This document shows positions 27,269-33,860 of a stretch of DNA of 39,528 nt, in pieces; position 1 is the first letter of the stretch, and every line of letters starts with the position of its first letter. Both the position numbers and the translations under genes were made by a program. Source of the stretch: Terriglobales bacterium (GTDB lineage Bacteria; Zixibacteria; MSB-5A5; RBG-16-43-9); contig DATKKH010000142.1 of NCBI GenBank assembly GCA_035543035.1, positions 1-39,528 on the forward strand, given 5' to 3'. The notes under the pieces are model-generated. The model was not told the origin of the DNA and ran no database searches. It was given only the letters and a program-made list of their open reading frames with translations.

Positions 27269-27344
27269 ATTGTTGCTGAAGTTGAGACCTTTTTTTAAAA
27301 ATTTGAAATTCTCCCTCTCCTCTCTTTAATATTATTCTGAATTT

Positions 27345-30300
27345 ATGTCAACTGAAAAAAAATTTATAACTCCGCGTTATCGAGTCAAAAAAGAAATAGG
27401 TCAGGGTGGCCTGGGAAAAGTCTTTGAGGTTTCAGACCTGTGGGAGGGGAAAACTGTTGCCCTTAAGCTCCATTCCCCCCAAAAAGAACAGGAAGAAAAC
27501 AGCCTGGAAAGGTTCAAGCAGGAGTTCAGACTGACCTCTGAATTATCTCATCCCGGCATAGTGGAAGTTTATGATTTCGGGTATACTCCGGATCAAAGAG
27601 CCTTCTACACCATGGAAATGGTTCGGGGAGAAGAGTTGACCTTTGAAACTGCCCAACGAAATTTGAACCGGTTTTATCAGATCGTCTGGCAGATCTGCGA
27701 CATCCTGGACTACCTTCACTCCCAGGGTCTGGTGCACTCTGATCTTAAACCCTCCAACTTCAAGTTGACTAAAAATATCTTTTCGGTAAAACTTCTGGAC
27801 TTCGGATTAGCACGTAAGACATTTTCTCAGGTTTCTTCCGGCACTGCTGGGACCCTCGAATATATGGCTCCAGAGGTTTTTCTGGGAAGGAAAATCGATC
27901 CCAGGACAGACCTTTATTCCCTGGGAATAATCTTGTTTGAGCTTTTGACCTCAAGAGTTCCTTTTTTCTCTGAGGACCCTTTAATCTTGAGGTCTGACCA
28001 TTTGGAGAAACCTGCCCCTCCTCCGTCCTCCTTTAGACCTGAGTTGTCGAAGGGTCTGGACTTACTAGTTCTAAAACTGCTTGAAAAAAAACCCGACGAC
28101 CGTTTCCAGAATATCCCAGAGCTAAAAGAGGAGCTCTCAAAAATCGCCCCTTCTACGGCCTGGAGAGTCGAAAATGCCTCTTATCTGAACAGAATTTACG
28201 GTGGCAGGATTCTCGACCGGGAAGAAGAATATGAGATTTTAAAAAAAGATTTGGATGAATCGCTGCTGCACGGAGGAAAATTTTCTCTGCTCGAAGGGGA
28301 AATGGGTATAGGTAAATCCACTCTTTTGAAATACCTGGAAAGGGAAGCCCAGGTTCAAGGAACTCTATTCGTGCAGATAGATTGTCCCAGCGAAGAAACC
28401 CACCCATTGCAGGCTGTGAGAGAGCTTTTCAACCGAATCTGTCCCTTTTTCCAGAAGCTTTATCCCTCATTTGGAGAAAGATATGAAGACACTCTTGACT
28501 CCTTCTTAAACCAGGGCAATGAAAAAGAAAATCAGGCAAAATCAGAGCTGGAAAAACTCGCTTATTTCATACTAGAGGCATCAAATCATTATCCCTTTGT
28601 TTTAGCTTTTGAGGACCTTCATCAGATGGGAGAAGGAAGTCTGGTCCTATTGGAGGAACTGGTAAAGATCCTGGACAAGTCTAAGCTTTTCCTGTGTGCT
28701 ACCGTAGAGGAGAACAAGTTGTCTCCTCAGAGTAAGCTTAGGGAGTTGATCAATAAACTGACTGGTTCAAACCAGTTTCATCTTTTGAGATTACCCCCCT
28801 TCAGCTTGCAGGATCTCGGTAAGCTCTTGTCACAGAAGTTAGGGTTGAAGAAAGCCCCTGATGCCTTGCTCGATTTCGTTTACCGAAACTCCTCTGGAAT
28901 CCCTCTTTTCGCTCTGGAGATTTTGAAATACCTGTTTGAGAGAAAAGCTTTATACGTTGAAAAAGGGATCTTTGGGTTTGAGGAAAAGCTACTGAAAGAC
29001 TCGAATGTTCCCGATACGATCGAAAAGACCATTCTGGGGAATCTAAAAAAATATCCTGCAGAAGCTTTGAATTTTCTAAACCTGGCTTCCCTGATCGGAC
29101 CAGAGTTTGATCTCGACTCTATCAAATTTCTGACAGAATACGAAGAGGATAAAATATTCGAGTCTCTTTTCATACTCTTGAAAGATCGGCTCTTGATCCA
29201 AGCTCAGAAGAAAACTCCTAATTTAGTATATACCTTCTCCACTCCCACTCTTCAGTCTTTAATCTACAAGAACTTTAGCGGAGAAAAACAAGTTCTTAAT
29301 CGTAAGCTGGCATATTTTTTAGAAGGACGAAGGACTAAAGGAGAAAAAATCGAGATCGAGGAGATCGCTTCTCATTTCATCAAAAGCGACGATTATTCTA
29401 AAGCCTTTGACTACGCAATTGGTTGCGCCATCAATAATCAGAAAGACCTGGATTTCCCTAAGGCTTTGAAATATCTCCAGCAGGCCCTGTCAGTTGCTGA
29501 AAGATTTCCTGACCAGATGGAGAAATCAAAAAGGACTGCTCAGGCTCTCAAACAAAGGGGAGATCTTTTTTTAAAAAATATAGGTGATCTGAACCTGGCT
29601 TTGAAAGACTACGATGATATTTTGAAAATGGCAGAGCCTACGGATGACCTGAAACTTATTGCGGAAACTCACAAGGACTTGGGCGAACTTTTTCGCTTGA
29701 AGCATGACCACCAGAATGGACTGAACTTTTTGCTTAAAGCAAAGGAGACTTTTCAGGAACTTAAAGATTATAAAGAGGTGGCTCATACGCTTAACAATCT
29801 GGGGAATATTTACTGGATAGATTGTCAATATCAAAAGGCTCTGGAAGCATTTGGAGAGGCATTGGAGATTCATAGGTCCCTGGATAACAAACATGATATA
29901 GCTTCCACTTTGAACAACATGGGAATTATCTTTGTGTCTCAACATCAATATAAAAGAGCACTGGAGTACCATGAGGAATCTTTACTGATAAAAAAAGAGC
30001 TGGGAGACAAAGAGGAGATAGCCAGGAGTCTGAACAATATCGGTTTCGTCTATTATCTCATGGGCAGCCTGCAGGAGGCAGTAAAGTCTTACCAGAAATC
30101 TCTGGAGCTGAATCAGGAGATAGAGAACCAAAAGGAACTATCCATAAACCTGGTGAACTTAAGCGAGACTTACTTTAAATTGGGTGATTATCGAAAAGCA
30201 GTTGATTATTCGAGACAGGGGTTGAAGATAGCCAGGGATATAGGCTTCTTGCAGCCGGTGGGTTATCTATTAAAAAACCTGGCTAATATAGACCTGGAGA

Positions 30301-31073
30301 CTGGGCTCTATCAAAGCTCGTTGATTCAATTGACAGAAGCTTTAAATATCTCTGACGAAATAAAAGATAAGGAATTAAAAGTATTGGTCCTGCTTTCTCT
30401 GGGAAGGCTGTATTTCCTGTTGAACCGGGCAGAAGATGCAAATCGTTTCCTGGAACAGGCTCAGGAGATCTCCCGGCAGATAAATGACAAGAGAACCCAG
30501 ATAGCAGTAGGTCGTTTGCAGGGAATACTCTTAAGAAAAAACAAAAGAATCTCCGAAGCTATGAAGCTGCTTGAAAATTCGATCTCGCTGGCTGAGGAGC
30601 TTGATTCTTTAGAGGATAAGCTCAGCTTGAGCTTAGATTTTGCCTGGGCTTATCTGGATTCTGGGCAGAACGGAATGCGCGAGAGCTTTCTGGAAAACGC
30701 AAAGACGATCATCCAGCAGAATAATATGCCTTTGATTGAGTCCGAATATTATTATATGCTCTTCAGAAAGGAATTCAAGCGGGGAGATCTGAATCAGGCT
30801 TTAACATACTCGGAAACTGCTATGGAAAAAGCCTCAAGACTGAATCGACTGGAGATCATCTGGAGGATTCATTATCTCCGGGGAAAGCTTTATTTTTCGA
30901 ATAACGACCTGGAGAGCGCCTATAAGGAATATGAAAAGGCTGGTAAAATGATTAAAAGTTTAAGTCAGAATATAGATGACCCGGATTTAAAGCAAAGCTA
31001 CCTTAGCGAAAAAGAAAAGCTTGACCTCCTCTCAGACATAAAAAAACTTGCCGAAGCAATGGTGAGCAAGTAA
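27345..31073 (+). CDS. Ser/Thr protein kinase fused to AAA/STAND-type ATPase and TPR repeats
   Basis: Hanks motifs: GQGGLGKV, VALK, HSDLKPSN, DFGLA, GTLEYMAPE. P-loop GEMGIGKST with LAFEDLHQ. The C-terminal ~550 aa are TPR-like (repeated ...A..LNN(L/M/I)G.(I/V)Y....Y.KAL..). Confidence 0.85.
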   Translation: MSTEKKFITPRYRVKKEIGQGGLGKVFEVSDLWEGKTVALKLHSPQKEQEENSLERFKQEFRLTSELSHPGIVEVYDFGYTPDQRAFYTMEMVRGEELTFETAQRNLNRFYQIVWQICDILDYLHSQGLVHSDLKPSNFKLTKNIFSVKLLDFGLARKTFSQVSSGTAGTLEYMAPEVFLGRKIDPRTDLYSLGIILFELLTSRVPFFSEDPLILRSDHLEKPAPPPSSFRPELSKGLDLLVLKLLEKKPDDRFQNIPELKEELSKIAPSTAWRVENASYLNRIYGGRILDREEEYEILKKDLDESLLHGGKFSLLEGEMGIGKSTLLKYLEREAQVQGTLFVQIDCPSEETHPLQAVRELFNRICPFFQKLYPSFGERYEDTLDSFLNQGNEKENQAKSELEKLAYFILEASNHYPFVLAFEDLHQMGEGSLVLLEELVKILDKSKLFLCATVEENKLSPQSKLRELINKLTGSNQFHLLRLPPFSLQDLGKLLSQKLGLKKAPDALLDFVYRNSSGIPLFALEILKYLFERKALYVEKGIFGFEEKLLKDSNVPDTIEKTILGNLKKYPAEALNFLNLASLIGPEFDLDSIKFLTEYEEDKIFESLFILLKDRLLIQAQKKTPNLVYTFSTPTLQSLIYKNFSGEKQVLNRKLAYFLEGRRTKGEKIEIEEIASHFIKSDDYSKAFDYAIGCAINNQKDLDFPKALKYLQQALSVAERFPDQMEKSKRTAQALKQRGDLFLKNIGDLNLALKDYDDILKMAEPTDDLKLIAETHKDLGELFRLKHDHQNGLNFLLKAKETFQELKDYKEVAHTLNNLGNIYWIDCQYQKALEAFGEALEIHRSLDNKHDIASTLNNMGIIFVSQHQYKRALEYHEESLLIKKELGDKEEIARSLNNIGFVYYLMGSLQEAVKSYQKSLELNQEIENQKELSINLVNLSETYFKLGDYRKAVDYSRQGLKIARDIGFLQPVGYLLKNLANIDLETGLYQSSLIQLTEALNISDEIKDKELKVLVLLSLGRLYFLLNRAEDANRFLEQAQEISRQINDKRTQIAVGRLQGILLRKNKRISEAMKLLENSISLAEELDSLEDKLSLSLDFAWAYLDSGQNGMRESFLENAKTIIQQNNMPLIESEYYYMLFRKEFKRGDLNQALTYSETAMEKASRLNRLEIIWRIHYLRGKLYFSNNDLESAYKEYEKAGKMIKSLSQNIDDPDLKQSYLSEKEKLDLLSDIKKLAEAMVSK

Positions 31074-31085
31074 ATCAGAAAAAAT

Positions 31086-31195
31086 GGCTGTAGCAGGTTT
31101 CTTCCTTCATCACCCAGGGAAATTATCCTCTGAATCTGATTCTGAAGTTCCCTCACATTCCCGGGCCAGGTATAATGAGTGAACGATCGAGGATT
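31086..31195 (-). pseudogene. remnant of a sigma-54-dependent transcriptional activator (NtrC-family AAA+ C-terminal fragment)
   Basis: The minus-strand translation reads ...NPRSFTHYTWPGNVRELQNQIQRIISLGDEG..., containing the diagnostic WPGNVREL motif. An in-frame TGA (31196-31198) lies immediately upstream and there is no AAA+ core. A frameshifted continuation (..GKLGSEILDRSLI..) may extend to about 31225. Confidence 0.55.
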
Positions 31196-31249
31196 TCACT
31201 CCCCAATTTTCCGTTACCATTGTCAGAGTAAGACTAGTAAAGTGATTCA

Positions 31250-31687
31250 CTAAAGGACGGTGATACCTATACCAATTTTATAATTAATGATGTCGGCCCT
31301 ACTCACAGGTGGGGCTAAGGGCAATTTCAGAGATGGCCTCATTAAAATATTGTTATATTCAATGCCAGCCAGAATAAAAAGTTCTCCCAGTTTCAGTTGC
31401 AATCCAGTGCCTACCAGAAAACCCGGATAAGTTTCAGACACATTTCTAATCTCCCACTGAAAATGCCATTGGCTATCAAACTGAGGAAAAGGATATTCCA
31501 CGCTTAGATGATAAACGCCGCCACCCATCTCCACAAAAGGTGTGATGGCACCTTTTCCTACATTCGTCTTCGCGTAGAAAACCGCAGCTGTCCAATCCCA
31601 GTCAGCGAAATGGCTCCTTTGCATGCCACCGGGATCAGTTAAAAATACCCATTCATTTCCCCTTAAAGGCAAACTCTCTATTTGCAA
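31250..31687 (-). CDS. beta-barrel OMP-like fragment with no ATG start and no signal peptide (possibly a truncated gene)
   Basis: Alternating hydrophobic beta-strand pattern (..YKIGIGITVL end). The tool start is TTG. The frame is open up to the TAA of the upstream 79-aa gene and contains no ATG and no signal sequence. Confidence 0.3.
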   Translation of the reverse strand: MQIESLPLRGNEWVFLTDPGGMQRSHFADWDWTAAVFYAKTNVGKGAITPFVEMGGGVYHLSVEYPFPQFDSQWHFQWEIRNVSETYPGFLVGTGLQLKLGELFILAGIEYNNILMRPSLKLPLAPPVSRADIINYKIGIGITVL

Positions 31688-31738
31688 TCCTAAACGAAAA
31701 GTGAAATAAGAAGTTTTTTTGAAGCTGCCACAAACTGT

Positions 31739-31978
31739 TTACACCTTGATTACCCCAGTAACTCCGAATATTGCTATAATTAGACCTACTATCCCGAGAA
31801 GACCTAGATATCCAAGGTCTTTTTTCATATAACGGAAATTAGTGAAGAAGGCGAAAAAGCAGAAGTTAAACAGGTAGTAGGGGTCGTGGCGGACAAACGC
31901 CATAAAACCATAGAGTCCTAGGAGGCCAAAGATGCCATGTAAAATCTTGTCTTTCCTGCGTTCCTTGTCTTCATTCAT
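31739..31978 (-). CDS. 79-aa hydrophobic membrane protein (about 3 helices), unknown function
   Basis: Strong SD (AAGGAGAGGAGA, 7 nt from the ATG). Gly/Phe-rich helices: ILHGIFGLLGLYGFMAF, LFNFCFFAFF, LGLLGIVGLIIAIFGV. It lies 53 nt downstream of the SPASM ORF. Confidence 0.6.
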   Translation of the reverse strand: MNEDKERRKDKILHGIFGLLGLYGFMAFVRHDPYYLFNFCFFAFFTNFRYMKKDLGYLGLLGIVGLIIAIFGVTGVIKV

Positions 31979-32031
31979 GACGGTATCTCCTCTCCTTATT
32001 AAGAAAGTTGTTGATCATAAGGCCAAAAAAA

Positions 32032-32418
32032 TTATCTACTTTTAAAGATAGTAGTATCTCTGGAAGGAAGGATACATCCGATATGATTCTTTTTTTCATC
32101 TTTTGGCTTGTCAAACTCAAACCAGTTACCTAAGTCTTGAGATCTGGCCCAGCTGCATAGTACACCTGTTCGCTCCAGGACATAGATAGACTTGATAAAA
32201 CAAAAGTTGCAGTATGCTTGGTATGGGCAATCTGGGCAGAGCTGAGGTGTTGGTTCCCTAAGCTTGGAAAGATAGCTCACTATCGGTTTTTGAAAAATTT
32301 CATCAATTGAGCTGTTTAACATATTCCCAAGTGCTAAGTAGGTTTCCGGCAGTAACGGACAGGGCCTAACTACTCCAGTTGGTCCCAATACACAACTCTT
32401 ATACCCCGCTCCACAATT
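32032..32418 (-). CDS. SPASM domain (auxiliary 4Fe-4S cluster region) of the radical SAM maturase, in frame with the upstream ORF after one TGA
   Basis: The translation directly after the TGA is NCGAGYKSCVLGPTGVVRPCP...LCPDCPYQAYCNFCF...GVLCSW, which is a SPASM 7-Cys pattern. The tool's TTG start (32388) would remove the first Cys (CGAG). Confidence 0.7.
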   Translation of the reverse strand, partial: NCGAGYKSCVLGPTGVVRPCPLLPETYLALGNMLNSSIDEIFQKPIVSYLSKLREPTPQLCPDCPYQAYCNFCFIKSIYVLERTGVLCSWARSQDLGNWFEFDKPKDEKKNHIGCILPSRDTTIFKSR

Positions 32419-33450
32419 TCACCTCTTTAAAAAGTGTTCAATTTGGTCTTCTTTGAGCTGAAACAAAAAGTTCCCATATCTTTCGTGTAGGTATTTTGGA
32501 AGCTCCTCAAGTTTCTTGAGGTGCACTGGGCTCCAACTTAGACGTAAGTCCTTAGCTCGCCCTACATCAGTTATTGGAGAATAAGAGAACATATAAGCAC
32601 CACATTGCTTTGCAATCTGTAGAGTATTCTCAATATCATTTACATTAGAGGGTACGACATTCATAGCCACCTTCACCAATATATTATCCCTTGCCAAAAA
32701 TTCAATACCTTTTTTTGCCTTTTCGAAACAGCCTGGAACTCCTCTTAGGCCATCGTGAACAACGGCTGTCGAACCGTCTAAATCGATCTGAACCATCAAT
32801 TTATTTTTGTACTTCGCGATCCCCTTAGCCACTGTCTTGTCAACTAAGGTTCCATTTGTCAAGATGGAGACTAGAATAAAACGTGTTCCGCAGAAATCGA
32901 CAATCTCTAAGAAGTCCGGGTGAAGCAAAGGTTCTCCACCTGTAAGCTCAACGATCCTTATGCCATTTTCAAGGAGTGTATTCAGACACTTTAAAAGCTG
33001 AGTAGTAGAGAGTCGTTGATATTTTCGAACGTCGCTCTCGTTATAACAATAAATACATTTTAAATTGCATTGAGAGGTCAGCTCTATTGAGAAATGTACA
33101 GGTATGAAATATTGTCTTCTGCCGGTGACTCTCATTTTTCTATAAGAAGGCTCATCCTCCGTTCCAATGATGCCTCGTTTAATTGATTCTTCTAGAAAAC
33201 CTGTGATCGCTTTTAGGCTCATTTCCTTTCTTTGTAGTCTCTGCAGCAAATTTTGTTTAGTTAAACCTTCGTTACATTCCAATAGTATATCTGTTCCTAA
33301 TGAGTTGACGTAGTGTAGATTGGTTTTGAGAAAATCAAGTGTTCTATATCGGGCTTCCGAACTTTCCTGGAAAACTAAAGTCTCATCAGGAGTTAGATGA
33401 ATTTCTGTTCCTTCGCACAAAGTGAGATATTTCTGTTCGCATCCGACCAT
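32419..33450 (-). CDS. radical SAM peptide maturase core with N-terminal PqqD-like RiPP recognition element (ends at the in-frame TGA 32419-32421)
   Basis: CX3CX2C at C128/C132/C135 (SQCNLKCIYCY) and the ELTGGEPLL SAM motif. N-terminal ~100 aa fit an RRE pattern (YVNSLGTDILLECNEGLTKQNLLQRL...ITGFLEESIKRGIIG). SD is AAGGAG, 5 nt from the ATG. Confidence 0.85.
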   Translation of the reverse strand: MVGCEQKYLTLCEGTEIHLTPDETLVFQESSEARYRTLDFLKTNLHYVNSLGTDILLECNEGLTKQNLLQRLQRKEMSLKAITGFLEESIKRGIIGTEDEPSYRKMRVTGRRQYFIPVHFSIELTSQCNLKCIYCYNESDVRKYQRLSTTQLLKCLNTLLENGIRIVELTGGEPLLHPDFLEIVDFCGTRFILVSILTNGTLVDKTVAKGIAKYKNKLMVQIDLDGSTAVVHDGLRGVPGCFEKAKKGIEFLARDNILVKVAMNVVPSNVNDIENTLQIAKQCGAYMFSYSPITDVGRAKDLRLSWSPVHLKKLEELPKYLHERYGNFLFQLKEDQIEHFLKR

Positions 33451-33475
33451 TTTTTCTCCTTTCCCTTTCTATAGC

Positions 33476-33499
33476 AAAGCCTCCAACATAGGAGGCTTT
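33476..33499 (-). promoter_or_regulatory. intercistronic stem-loop between the precursor and maturase genes
   Basis: Minus strand: AAAGCCTCC-tatgtt-GGAGGCTTT, a perfect 9-bp stem. It lies 30 nt after the precursor stop and 25 nt before the maturase ATG. The only downstream T-run is the TTT at the base of the stem. Confidence 0.55.
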
Positions 33500-33529
33500 G
33501 GTTGACTCGATTATGACATCTCTGTCAGC

Positions 33530-33718
33530 TTAAAACGGAGTAGGAAGGGCGCCAACAAGAGCATAAGCCAAAGTTGCTCTGTAAGTTGTATAGCTTTTCA
33601 CAGTCGGCTGATTATCTCCGCAAGCGTTGCAGAATTCACAAATAAAACAGGATGCACAAAGACCACAAGCCATAAGCTCAGTCGATGGTGGCTCTATGTA
33701 TCTTGGTTCATCTGTCAT
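33530..33718 (-). CDS. Cys-rich RiPP precursor peptide candidate (62 aa, six Cys in strict C-x-x periodicity)
   Basis: MTDEPRYIEPPSTELMACGLCASCFICEFCNACGDNQPTVKSYTTYRATLAYALVGALPTPF. It has a near-consensus SD (AAAGGAGGTGA) upstream and lies immediately upstream of, and co-oriented with, the RRE-rSAM-SPASM gene. Confidence 0.8.
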   Translation of the reverse strand: MTDEPRYIEPPSTELMACGLCASCFICEFCNACGDNQPTVKSYTTYRATLAYALVGALPTPF

Positions 33719-33752
33719 CTCTAACTCACCTCCTTTTAGATTTTATTTTTTC

Positions 33753-33811
33753 GCTCCGCCCAGGCCCCCTCTACCCAGGGCGTTAGAGCCTTTCGGCCCG
33801 CAGGGCGGAGC
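33753..33811. repeat. 59-nt GC-rich inverted repeat (GCTCCGCCC...GGGCGGAGC) upstream of the precursor gene
   Basis: 9-bp terminal arms GCTCCGCCC / GGGCGGAGC with nested GC pairs inside. It shares the GGGCGGAG/CTCCGCCC arms with the hairpin at 25191-25213. On the plus strand it is followed by TTTTGTTG. Confidence 0.6.
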
Positions 33812-33860
33812 TTTTGTTGCGCCAGAAAAGAACTGAGGGGGTAAAAACCAACCGGCTGAT

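Noticed and set aside
31739-31741. A second stop-codon readthrough joining the 79-aa membrane protein to the in-frame beta-barrel-like ORF downstream.
   Set aside because: The stop is TAA (not a recoding-prone UGA), and the two parts have no known domain relationship. The downstream ORF looks like a truncated remnant, so the shared frame is probably coincidental.
32419-32421. Genome-wide reassignment of TGA (genetic code 4 or 25) as the explanation for the in-frame TGA in the maturase.
   Set aside because: TGA clearly terminates several well-supported genes in this window (887-890, 2395-2397, 17445-17447, 24510-24512, 25181-25183, 39381-39383), with the next genes starting right at or after them.
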